Assembly (NCBI GenBank): GCA_977017575.1
Contig: CDRNVI010000139.1
Span: 255,689-319,688 of the forward strand
Reading direction: 5' to 3'
DNA length: 64,000 nt
Source of the DNA: Paramoeba atlantica
Taxonomy: Eukaryota; Protista; Discosea
Shown here piece by piece: positions 49,591 through 62,109 of this stretch. A program made the position numbers and the translations under genes. Under the pieces are notes generated by a model. The model did not search any database. It saw only the letters and a list, made by a program, of their open reading frames with translations, and had not been told where the DNA came from. The number at the start of each line of letters is the position of its first letter. The stretch's first letter is position 1.

Positions 49591-51756
49591 ATGAGTGAAA
49601 AAAGAGGAAAGAGAAAGAGAGGAGGAGGAGAAGAAACAGAATTAGAAAGTGAGAAAAAGAGAAAAACCAAAAGAGGAAAGAAAGAGAAAGAAGATGATGT
49701 TGATGTTGTTGTAATTGAAGATGACAATGTTGGTGAAAAAGAACAAAGAGAAGATGTTCTTGGAAAGAGAGAAGAAGAAGTGATGACTAAAAGAAGAAGA
49801 AAGGAAGAAGAAGAGAAAAAGAAAAGATTTGAATGTGGAATATGTTTGGAATTGATGAGTTGGGAAAAAGAACCAAGGTTGTTACCTTGTTGTGGTCTTT
49901 CTTTTTGTACTCTTTGTCTCAACAAACTCTTTCTTCTTCAAAATCCTTCCTCTTCTTCTTCTTCTTCTTCCTCTTTGAAAGGAGTGAAATGTCCAGTTTG
50001 TAGAGAAATGAACGAATGTGAAAGCGTTGAAACACTTTCGATGAATTATTTGATTCCAGAAACGATTGATGTTCTTCTTTCTTCAAATTTGATCTCTTTC
50101 TCCCAACAACCAGGTTTTCTTTCTTCCTTTTATTGTGAGAAAGTTATTTCAAAGTTGAAAAAACATGTTTTTTGAAAAAACAAAACAATAGGAGATGGAT
50201 CAGAATGTGTGAATTTCGAAACGTGTGGAAAACAAACTCGAATGTTTTGTCCTCTTTGCAACATGTTTATTTGTGATTCTTGTGATCTGTCTCACACTTC
50301 TTCTATTTTCACTCGAAATCACAAACGATGTGAAAGAGATGGTGTTGAGGGAAGAGGTGGAAGAAGAAGATTGGAAGAGGAAGGAGGGGTGGTGGGAGTG
50401 ATGGGATTGGAGAATTTGAAGAAGAGAGAATGTTCAAAACACCCATCTGAAACAATCAGTGGATATTGTTTTCAATGTTCTTCTTTTGTTTGTCTTCGTT
50501 GTGTTCTTGAAACTCATGTTCAACACAATGAGAAAGTGAAATCAATTGAAGAAAGTATTTTAGAGAAAAGGAATGAAATTGTAAAGGTTGGAGATAAATT
50601 GGAGAAAAGATTGATTGAGATTGAAAAGAAAAGAAAAAGGGTTGAAAAAGAAATGAAAGAATTAGAAGAGAAATTAGAAAAGAAAAGAATTGAAAAGAAA
50701 GAAATAGAATTGGAGAAAGAAGATTTGAGAATCAGAAAAGATTCAATTATTCGTTTATCCAACACACCAACAACAACAACAACAACAAAAACAACTGATT
50801 GTGATGTTTCTCTTTTTTTTGATGATCAACTTTTTTCAACTCTTCTTCAAACTGCAAATGATATTGTTTCTGAAGGAGGTGTTGTTGGATTACTGAAACC
50901 AAAGAAAGGAGTGATTTGTTGTGATGGTGGTGGTGATTCTTTTCGTTTTGTTTCTTCTTTTCGTTTGAAGAATCAACCTTTAGGAGTGAGTGTGAACAGT
51001 GATGGGAATATTTTTGTTTGTGAATTTCGGGGTGGATTGAAAGTGAGAGATAAAGAAGGAAATGAGATGATTGAATCAACAATTCAGAAAACAATTGATT
51101 CACTTCAGTTGAAACCTGTTGATGTTTCAATTGGATTGAATGATCAAATTGTTGTTCTTGATTGGTCTCAAGATTCTCATAGAGTTGTAATATTAAACAA
51201 AGAAGGAGAATTGATCAATTCTTTTGGATCAGTTGGTTCTAAAGATGGTCAGTTTAAGAGTCCATGTGGTGTGGATGTGGATGAAGAAGGTAGAATTATT
51301 GTTTGTGATACTTTGAATAATCGAATTCAAGTGTTTGATAATGATGGATCTTTTCTTCGTTCTTTTGGTTTAAAAGGTTCTTCTGAAGGTCAATTTGACC
51401 AACCTCAGAGTGTTGTAGTTGATAGAGATGGGAATATTGTTATTTCTGAGACTTTGAATCATCGAATTCAAGTGATGGATATTGAAGGGAATTTTATTCA
51501 ATGTTTTGGAACATATGGTTCAGGTGATTCTCAATTGCACTGTCCAAAAGGTGTTGATGTGGATGGGGAAGGTAGAATTGTTGTTTGTGATAGAGGAAAT
51601 AGAAGAGTGAGTGTGTTTGAGAAAGATGGAACATTTCTTTTTTCATTTGGTAAACATCACATGAAGAATCCTATTGGGGTTGTTGTTGATTCATTTGGAA
51701 CAATTATTGTTTCAGATAATGAGAAAAAGTCAATTCAATTTTGGAAATCATTTTGA
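49591..51756 (+). CDS. TRIM-NHL copy 13, ~695 aa
   Basis: Exons 49591-50113 and 50192-51756 with a 78-nt GT-AG intron. Confidence 0.9.
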
Positions 51757-52437
51757 AAGAGATAGAGGTTTTTTCTTTTCTCTTTTTTTCTTTTTTGATT
51801 TTGATTTGTTTTATTTTATTTTTTTGGATCATTTTTTTCTTTATTTTTTCTTTTTGTTTCCTTTTTTGTTTGAAGAAAATTAAAAACAAGAAAATAATAG
51901 TTTTTCTCTTCTCTCCTCTTCTTCTTCCCCCCCAAATCATCATCATTCTTCTTCTTCCAATTTTTGATTCAATTTTTTGATCCTTCTTCTTCAAAAATAC
52001 TTTTCTTTGATTTTGTTTTTTCTCCTCTTCATTTTTTGAGTTTTATTGTTGTGTGTGTGTTTTGTGTTTTTGTGAAAATTTTCTCTCTTTCTCTTCCTCT
52101 TCTCTTCCTCTTCTCTTTTTTTTTGATTGAAATTATTTTTCTTTTTTTTTTTGTTTTCTTCAAATTTTGTTGTTGTTTTAAAGAAATGATTCTTTTTTGT
52201 TCTTTGGTGTTCTTGCTCTGTCTTTTTGTTGAGATTCCCATTTTTTTTTGATATTATTTTTTGTTCTGTTCCTTTTTTTTGTTTTCTCTTCTTTGTCTCT
52301 TTGTTTCTGTTTTCCTTCCTTTACCTTCTTTCTTCTCTGTTTTTTGAATTTTGCTTTTTGTCTCTGGTTTTGAGTGTGGTTTTTTGTTGTTTTTAGTGTG
52401 TTGTTTCCTTTGTTGATAGTTTCTTTTGGAATAAACA

Positions 52438-52686
52438 CTCAGGTGGGTTCCCACTTGAGTTTCTTTCAAGTACATCCACAAAATCAGAAATAGAGAGGTG
52501 CAAACATAAATTTGAAACATAGAGGTGCAAATGAAAATATCATAGGTCCAAAGTGCAAATATGGAGATGCAAACATAAATTTGAAACATCGAGGAGGTGC
52601 AAACGTAAATGTCATAGATGCAAATGTTTACATAGAGGTGCAAACGAAAAACTCAAAACATTTGATAGGTGCAAACATAGTTCACT
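52438..52686. repeat. Hairpin followed by about 8 dispersed RRTGCAAA repeats; insertion relative to the paralogous flank
   Basis: CTCAGGTGGG-TT-CCCACTTGAG (52438-52459). GGTGCAAA, GATGCAAA or AGTGCAAA at about 52497, 52524, 52552, 52567, 52596, 52617, 52637 and 52668. Not present in the homologous flank near 27550. Confidence 0.7.
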
Positions 52687-53448
52687 TTTTTTTTTTTTGT
52701 TGTTCTTTTTGTTGATTCATCTTTTTTATTTGGTTGAATAAATAAACCCAAACTCAACAACACTCTTTCAAAACTCAAAAACAATCTTTTTTTTCTTTTT
52801 TTTGGTTGTTGTTGGGAGGGGGGAGAGGAGGAATTCATATTTTTTGGTTGATTGAATGAGAGAAACACATTTTTGGAAAAATGAAATTTTAATCAACAAA
52901 AAAATTGAGAAATAGTAATTCCACAAAAGGGTCAAGAATTTGAGAAAATTCTCATCCATCCAACCAAAACCAAACAAAATTGAGAAATGAAGAAAGAAAA
53001 GAAAGAAAGGAAAGGATGAGGGAGAGAAGAAGAAAGAGATATCAAAAACAGACAAAGGGAGAGTGAAGTGGGGGAGGAGGAGAGGAGAGAAGAAGAGTCA
53101 TTATTGGTCTGTGGAGCAAATCAAAAAAAAGGTTTGAAAGAAGGAGAATAAAATCAAAGCGAAAAATTGGGAACAAAAAGAACACCCCAACATTTTGTGC
53201 ACCAGAAGAGACTAAAAAGAAAGGAAAAGGGAGGGAAAGAAAGAGATAAAAATCGAATCGAAATTGAAGAAGAAGGTGATTGGAAAAAAAGACCTCACCA
53301 CACCACAACAGAGACTAAAACTAAAAGAAAGGGAGGAGGAGAGGAGGGTGGGAAAGAGAAAAAACATTAATTTCTTTCATTTTTCTCTAAAAACAAGAAA
53401 AAAAGTAAACAAAAAAATGATACAAAATAAAAATCAATGAAAACCAAA

Positions 53449-55948
53449 CGGGTTCCTTCCAGGCCAAAAGACTAATTAGGCCCCTATTTTTGACTCCTTT
53501 TTTGAAGCCACTGGTGGGTGGAGGGGGAGATTTTTTTTGATAAACTTTTTAATAAAGATCTTTTAAACAAGAATATCAAGAAATATTTGTCCAAATATTG
53601 TTTTTTGAAAAAAAAAATTGAGTCACCAAAAAAAAAAAAACATCATTTTTCAAAAGGACTAATTAGTCCTCAGTCATGTGCCTGCTCATATGGTCAGCAA
53701 AGCAACCTGAACAAAAAATGAGTGTTTGATCACAGGAGCAATAGGTTCGAACTTTCTTTGTACAATTTGTCCCATTTGCATCTACTCTTCTGGTACTCTT
53801 GTCTGGCTTCAGTCCAATTACCATTTCGCCAAACTCCAGCAAAGTTGGGCTTGGTCATCAGATGATGTTCTACACGAGTTGGGAGTGGTATTCGCAGGTT
53901 ATAGCCTTCATCCAAGGGATGATTCTGAGAGAGTAGACCTTGGGCAACCTCAAAACGAAATTCTGCAAAGGAGAGCTCTTTGGCTTGGGGGAAAAAGCGC
54001 TGAAATATGAGGAAGGCATTGACTTCCACAACTGCAAGAATGAAAGCAAACTGCCTGTGGACCCATTTTTTGGTCTTCCAGGAACTCTCCAAGGAGAGAG
54101 AACCTTGCCTCAGTTGGTTGTGATCATCCACACAATGCCTGGTTTGATAGTAAAAGTCAAGAGGCTGAGTATATCGCAGGGAGAGTCTTTGGCCTTCAAG
54201 CTTGCGATTTCGTGGGCGACCAGTGGGAAAAGAAGTTCCCCAGGTATTAATCATTATAGAAGAGTGATGAACATCTTGGAAAGCCTCCACATAGAATTTA
54301 TGACCTCTCAGAGATCCTTTCTTCACTTTCACATAACCAGGTTCCTTCTCCTTGAGGTGTGCAACAATCTCTTCCCCTGGAATTCCTTTGGGCCAATATC
54401 GTTTTTTCTTTACAACTGAAGTACAATACAATCCCTTTTCTAGAAGTTGAATACAACCTTCCAACACACAAAAACCACTATCCAAAGCAACTACTCGACC
54501 AGTTCCCCAAATTCCCTCAGTCATTCTAAGCATCAAACCAACAGTTTTCGCTCCAGAACCAGATGGAGGTTGAAACTTGGGCAGGCCCATTTCAGGAGGA
54601 TGGGACTTTCCTTCCACAATTTCAAGAAAGAATATCACTCTAGTCTCCCCACAACCAATTGTATGATATTCATTTCCAAAAGGATGAGGTTTCCTCTGAA
54701 CAAACATCCAACCAGGAGCCCATTTACAAAACCACACCACCATAGACTCATCCAGACAGACCTGCCAACTTGGAACAAAGATGGTCTTCATCTTTTCATT
54801 AAAAGCAGCAATCAGGGGTCGAATTTCCCACATACGGTCTGTGTAAGAGGGTTTTGCAGAGAGAGGAGCAAGTTTAAGAGAGGAGACAATCATATCAAAC
54901 CGATTTCTACTGATATATTTCCCAAGATAAGGCAGTGTACCACGCAAGGAAGATCCAGCTGAATCCTTTGAAATTCGAAAAAAATCCCTTCTTTTATGTC
55001 CTGGGTAGAAAGACATAATCTGGCGCAAGGCAATAAAATCAAGCATTTCAGCTTCAGTGAAGTTCAAAGAATGGTTAAACTCATTTGTTGCTTTCAGCAC
55101 ATCAGTTTTTAGAAAGGTTAGAGGCAGAACTTGGAGAAAAATATCGAGGGGAGTGGGGACATGAACAGCATCAAAGCGAATTCTTGTACAGGCCTTGAGG
55201 TCTTGTGCTCCTATCACAGCACGAGCATCAGTTGTTGAGGAAGACCACTCAGAAACAAAGGAAAGATCATTTTCAACGAGTTCTGCTGCATTGTCTTCCC
55301 CTTCCTCCTCAATATCAGAGCAAGATTCAGTATCTTCATCATCAGTATCAGATGAGCCCAAAACAGGCACAGAGGTTGTTGATGCCTGGGATGAACCAGA
55401 ACTTGATCCTCCTGAGCCAGAAGAGGATGATGAAGATGAAGATGGATGAGTTGAAGTCCCACAACCCTCTGAGACATCCACTTCTCCGACAAACTTTAAA
55501 TTTTCAGGGAGAGCCAGAAGGTAATCATTCTGGAAGACAGGAGAACGAAGCAAAACTACCATCTGAGATTTCCTGTCATAGTTCTGAAGTTCCACCCTTT
55601 TCACCCTGAGTGAAGAGAGAGATGCTCCTTGATATCGGTCACCAAAATGTTTCCTTAGAAGATGAGAAGGGCGAAGGTTCACAGCTTTGCAGAACCAAAT
55701 AGTACCCTCCTTCAATTCTTCAATTCTTGGGGAAGTTGATCCAGAACTCATTTTTCTCACCACTGTAACTTTTTTCATTCAGACTTTCTGAGAAAGGCAT
55801 TGTGATGAAAATCAAGAAAAAACCTCAAAGAAACGCAAAAGAAAGTAAAAAAAAAAAAAAAAGTTCAAAAATGAGCTTTATTTTGGCCAACAAACAGGAG
55901 CCTAATTAGGCCCAAAAAGACTAATTAGGCCCCCCTGGAAGGAACCCG
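53449..55948 (-). mobile_element. piggyBac-family DNA transposon, copy B (2500 bp)
   Basis: Same 15-bp TIRs (53449-53463, 55934-55948). 4-bp TSD CAAA (53445-53448, 55949-55952). Near-identical to copy A. Confidence 0.95.
53663..55778 (-). pseudogene. piggyBac-like transposase, catalytic core open, +1 frameshift removes the C-terminal Cys-rich domain
   Basis: 682-aa ORF 55778-53730. An extra A (TGCAAATGG vs TGCAATGG, ~53776) shifts the frame at the first Cys of the CRD. Confidence 0.88.
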
Positions 55949-56083
55949 CAAACAAGAAAAAAGAAACAAAGAGAAAAAGAAAATTTTAACAAAGAACACA
56001 CCTCCACTTCACCCACACTTCTCAAAAAAAAAGAAACAAAAAAGAGAAAGAAAATGAAAAAAAAATCAAACCTTTTCCTTCTC

Positions 56084-58375
56084 TCAGTCCCAAAATTCAA
56101 TTGACTTTTTCGCATAATCTACAACAATAATTGTTCCAAATGAATCAACAACAACCCCAATAGGATTCACCATGTGATGTTTACCAAATGAAAAAAGAAA
56201 TGTTCCATCTTTCTCAAATACACACACCCTCCCATTTCCTGAATCACAAACAACAATTCTATCTTCCCCATCTACATCAACACCTCCTGGAGAGTTCAAT
56301 TGAGAATCACCTGAACCAAATGTTCCAAAACATCGAATAAAATTCCCTTCAATATCCATCACTTGAATTCGATCATTCCCAAAATCAGAAATAACAATAT
56401 TCCCGTCTCTATCAACTACAACGCTCTGAGCTCCATTCAATTGACCTTCAGAAGAACCTTTTGAACCAAAAGAATGAAGAAAAGATCCATCATTATCAAA
56501 CACTTGAATTCGATGATTGTAAGTATCACAAACAATAATTCTACCTTCTTCATCCACATCCACACCATATGGATCATTAAACTGACCATCTTTAGAACCT
56601 TTTGATCCAAAAGATTTGATCAATTCTCCTTCTTTGTTTAATATTACAACTCTCCGACAATCTTGAGACCAATCAAGAACAACAATTTGATCATTCAATC
56701 CAATTGAAACATCATAAGATTTCAACTGAAGTGAATCAATTGTTTTCTGAATTGTTGATTCAATCATCTCATTTCCTTCTTTATCTCTCACTTTCAATCC
56801 ATCCTCACCTTCACAAATAAAAATATTCCCATCACTGTTCACACTCACTCCCGAAGGATGATTCTTCAAAGGAAAAGAAGAAACAACACGAAAAGAATCG
56901 CCACCACCATCACAACAAATCACTCCTTTCTTTGGTTTCAGTAATCCTCCTTCAGAAACAATATCAGTTGCAGTTTGAAGAAGAGTTGAAAAAAGTTGAT
57001 CATCAAAAAAGAGAGAAACATCACAATCAGTTGTTGTTGTTGTTGTTGTTGTTGTTGGGGTGTTGGATAAACGAATAATTGAATCTTTTCTGATTCTCAA
57101 ATCTTCTTTCTCTAATTCTATTTCTTTCTTTTCAATTCTTTTCTTTTCTAATTTCTCTTCTAATTCTTTCATTTCTTTTTCAATTCTTTTTCTTTCTTCT
57201 TCAATCACAATCAATCTTTTCTCCAATTTATCTCCAATCTTTACAACTTCATTCCTTTTCTCTAAAATACTTTCTTCAATTGATTTCACTTTCTTTCTGT
57301 GATCATCATGTGTTCCGAGAGCACAACGAATACAAACAAAAGAAGAACATTGAAAACAATATCCACTGATTGTTTCAGATGGGTGTTTTGAACATTCTCT
57401 CTTCTTCAAATTCTCCAATCCCATCACTCCCACCACCCCTCCCTCCTCCTCTTCCAATCTTCTTCTTCCACCTCTTCCCTCAACACCATCTCTTTTAGAT
57501 CGTTTGTGATTTCGAGAGAAAATAGAAGAAGTGTGAGATGGATCACAAGAATCACAAATAAACATCTCACATTGGGAACAAAACATTTGAGTTCGTTCTC
57601 CACACATTTCAAAATTCGCACATTCTGGTTCATCTCCTGTTGTTTTGTTTTTCAACAAATTGAAATAACTTTCTCACAAAGGAGAAAAAAAAGAAAAAAA
57701 GAGAGGAAGAGAGGAAGAGAGGAAAGTTAGAGTTCAAAAAATGGAGAAAAAACCTGATTGTTGGGAAAAAGAAATCAAATTTGAAGAAAGAAGAACATCA
57801 ATTGTTTCTGGAATCAAATAATTCATCGTAAGTGCCTCAACGCTTTCACATTCGTTCATTTCTCTACAAACTGGACATTTCACTCCTTTCAAAGAAGAAA
57901 GGGGAGAGGGAGAAGGGGAGGAAGAAGAAGAAGAAGAAGAAGAAGAGAGAGAAGAGAGAGATGAGGAAGAATAGGATGAAGAGGAAGAAGGATTTTGAAG
58001 AAGAATGAGTTTGTTGAGACAAAGAGAACAAAAAGAAAGACCACAACAAGGTAACAACCTTGGTTCTTTTTCCCAATCCATCAATTCCAAACATATTCCA
58101 CATTCAAATATTTTCTTTTTCTCTTCTTCTTCCTTTCTTCTTCTTTTCATCATCTCTTCTTGTTGTTCTCTTTCTCCTTCTTCCTCTTGCCCTTTTCTTT
58201 GTTGTTCTTGATCTTCTATTTCTTGTTCTTCTCCAACATCACTTTCATCATCATCATCATCATCAAATTGTTCTTCTTTCTTTTCTTTTCTTGTTTTTCG
58301 TTTCTTTTTCTCATTCTCACTCTCCACAATCTCTATTCCTCCTCTCTTTTTCTCTCCTTTTTTTCCTTCACTCAT
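56084..58375 (-). CDS. TRIM-NHL copy 14, ~724 aa
   Basis: Exons 58375-57754 and 57636-56084 with a 117-nt GT-AG intron. Confidence 0.9.
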
Positions 58376-58950
58376 TTTGTTTTCACATCCACCCAACAAA
58401 AAAAGAACAACTTTTGAAAAGAGAAGAACAAAAACACAAGTAAATAGATGAAGATCTCTGGGTGAAACAATAAATAATCAATAACCACAACACACACAAA
58501 CAAAAAGAGAACAAACTGATAAAACACACACACATAAAAACAAGAAAAAAGAAGATTCAAAGATAAAAATCAAAATCAAAACCTTTTTTCTCAAAAATCT
58601 CCAAAAAAAAAAAAGAGAGGATACAAAAAACGAGCAGTAGAAGAGGGAGAAGAAGAAAACGAAAATGTCCAGAGACTCCTCCTAAATCACAATCCACAAC
58701 ACCCCACAACAACAACAACAACAAAAGAAAGCCTGAATAATTCACAAAAGAGAGAAAAAAACACTGTCAACAAAAGATCCAAAAAAGACAAAGAGAGAAA
58801 GAGAGAAAGAGAGAAAAAGAGAAGAGGCAAATCAGAACCAAAATGAAATGTCCAAATAAAATACAAGAGAGAGAGAGAGAGACAGAACAAAAGGATTACA
58901 AAAAGCAGAAAGAAAGAAAGAAAAACAGAAAAAGAGAGAAAAAAAAGGAA

Positions 58951-59039
58951 GGGTACGAAAAGAGGATTCAAAACTTTTTAAACCTCTGAAAAAAACACAC
59001 AAAAAACACACCAAAAACTTTTTCTTTTTCGTTTTTCCC
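58951..59039 (+). promoter_or_regulatory. Conserved spacer element (7 of 7)
   Basis: Near-identical to 1122-1212. Confidence 0.6.
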
Positions 59040-59888
59040 TCTCTTCTCTCTTCTCTTCTCTCTTTTCTCTCAATTTGTTTTTGTTTCTCTCCCTTATCTT
59101 CTCTCCTTCTCCTGTTTCGTTTTTTGGAAAGGAGAGACCTCGTTTTAATCTCTTTCATTCCTCTTTTTGGTTTCTGTTTTTTGTCCCTCTTCTTCCCTTC
59201 TCTCTCTCTGGCTCTCTTTGACATATCGTTTTGGACTCTCTCTCTCCCTCTCTCATTCAATTGGGCTCTCTTTGACATATCGTTTTGGACTCTCTATCTC
59301 TCTATCTCTCTCTCCTTTCATTTTGGGATCTTTTGTGTCACCATCTTTGAGGATTTTTGTATTGAGGATTTCTTCTTCTCTTTTGGAATCTCTTTCTTCT
59401 TCTCTTTTGGATCTCTCCTTCTCTCATTTTTTTCGTTTGTTTGGGGATCTCTTTCTTTCTCTTGGTGTTTCATATTTTGGACCCCTTTTTGGGTTATATT
59501 GTTTTTGAAAGAGAGACTCTCTCTTTTCTTCTCTTCTCTTTCACTTTGCAAAAGAAGAAAATCTTTCGTGACTTTTTGGGAGATGTTTGTATTTTTACTT
59601 TCTTTCTTTTTTCTCTTTTTGTCCCATTTTTGAAAAAATTGGTAGAACCTCTTTCTCTCTCTCTCTTCTCTCTCTCTCTCTCTCTCTTGTAGGACAGTCT
59701 CTAAGAATTGGTTCTCTCTCCATTGTTCCTCTTTTTATTCCTTTTATTTTGGGGGGGGTAGTACCAGTCTCTTTTGTGTGTGTGATAGTTTTTTGGTTTG
59801 ATTTTTCTTTTTTCCTTTTCCTTTTTAGTTCTTCTTTTTTGTAGGATTGATTGATCTCTTTTTCTCTTACACAGAGAAGAGAGACAAA

Positions 59889-62109
59889 ATGAGTGAAAAA
59901 AGAGGAAAGAGAAAAAGAGGAGGGGGGGAAACAGAATTAGAAAGTGAGAAAAAGAGAAAAACCAAAAGAGGAAAGAAAGAGAAAGAAGAAGAAGATGTTG
60001 TTGTTGTAATTGAAGATGACAATGTTGATGAAAAAGAACAAAGAGAAAGAAGAAGTGAGGATGTTCTTGGAAAGAGAGAACAAGAAGTGGGACAAAATGA
60101 AGGAGAAAGAGAGGAAGAAAGAGAAAGAGAAGAAGAAGAGATGATGAAAAGGAGAAGAAAGGAAGAAGAAGAGAAAAAGAAAAGATTTGAATGTGGAATA
60201 TGTTTGGAATTGATGAACTGGGAAAAAGAACCAAGGTTGTTACCTTGTTGTGGTCTTTCTTTTTGTACTCTTTGTCTCAACAAACTCTTTCTTCTTCAAA
60301 ATCCTTCTTCTTCTTCTTCTTCCTTTTTGAAAGGAGTGAAATGTCCAGTTTGTAGAGAAATGAACAAATGTGAAAGTGTTGAAACACTTACAATGAATTA
60401 TTTGATTCCAGAAACGATTGATATTCTTCTTTCTTCAAATTTGATTTCTTTCTCCAATCAATCAAGTTTTTTTTTTTTCGTTTTCTTCATTTATCCTCTC
60501 TTTTCTTTTTCAACCTTTCTCCTTCTCTCTTGAATTGACGAAAAAGAAACCAAAAATAGGAGATGATGGATCAGAATGTGTGAATTTCGAAACGTGTGGA
60601 AAACAAACTCGAATGTTTTGTTCCCAATGTGAGATGTTTATTTGTGATTCTTGTGATCCATCTCACACTTCTTCTATTTTCACTCGAAATCACAAACGAT
60701 GTGAAAGAGATGGTGTTGAGGGAAGAGGTGGAAGAAGAAGATTGGAAGAGGAGGGAGGGGTGGTGGGAGTGATGGGATTGGAGAATTTGAAGAAGAGAGA
60801 ATGTTCAAAACACCCATCTGAAACAATCAGTGGATATTGTTTTCAATGTTCTTCTTTTGTTTGTGTTCATTGTATTCTTGAAACTCATGTTCAACACAAT
60901 GAGAAAGTGAAATCGATTGAAGAAAGTATTTTAGAGAAAAGGAATGAAGTTGTAAAGGTTGGAGATAAATTGGAGAAAAGATTGATTGAGATTGAAGGGA
61001 AAAGAAAAAGGATTGAAAAAGAAATGAAAGAATTAGAAGAAAAATTAGAAAAGAAAAGAATTGAAAAGAAAGAAATAGAATTGGAGAAAGAAGATTTGAG
61101 AATAAGAAAAGATTCAATTATTCGTTTATCCAACACACCAACACCAACAACAACAACAACTGATTGTGATGTTTCTCTCTTTTTTGATGATCAACTTTTT
61201 TCAACTCTTCTTCAAACTGCAACTGATATTGTTTCTGAAGGAGGTGTTGTTGGATTTGGAAAGAAAGGAGTGATTTGTTGTGGTGATGGTAGTGATTCTT
61301 TTCGTTTTGTTTCTTCTTTTCCTTTGAAGGATGAACCTTCTGGGGTGAGTGTGAACAGTGATGGGAATATTTTTATTTGTGAATTTCGGGGTGGATTGAA
61401 AGTGAGAGATAAAGAAGGAAATGAGATGATTGAATCAACAATTCAGAAAACAATTGATTCACTTCATTTGAAACCTGTTGGTGTTTCAATTGGATTGAAT
61501 GATCAAATTGTTGTTCTTGATTATTCTCAAGATTGTCGGAGAGTTGTAATATTAAACAAAGAAGGAGAATTGATTCAATCTTTTGGATCAGTTGGTTCTG
61601 AAGATGGTCAGTTTAATGATCCGTGTGGTGTGGATGTGGATGAAGAAGGTAGAATTATTGTTTGTGATACTTTGAATCATCGAATTGAAGTGTTTGATAA
61701 TGATGGATCTTTTCTTCGTTCTTTTGGTTCAGAAGGTTCTTCTGAAGGTCAATTTAATCAACCTCACAGTGTTGTAGTTGATAGAGATAGGAATATTGTT
61801 ATTTCTGATTTGGGGAATCATCGAATTCAAGTGATGGATATTGAAGGGAATTTTATTCGATGTTTTGGAACATTTGGTTCAGGTGATTCTCAATTGCACT
61901 ATCCAGAAGGTGTTGATGTGGATGGGGAAGGTAGAATTGTTATTTGTGATTCAGGAAATGGAAGAGTGAGTGTGTTTGAGAAAGATGGAACATTTCTTTT
62001 TTCATTTGGTAAACATCACATGAAGTTTCCTCAAGGGATTGTTGTTGATTCATTTGGAACAATTATTGTTTCGGATTATGAGAAAATGTCAATTGAATTT
62101 TGGAAATAA
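59889..62109 (+). CDS. TRIM-NHL copy 15, ~708 aa
   Basis: Exons 59889-60465 and 60560-62109 with a 94-nt GT-AG intron. Confidence 0.9.
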
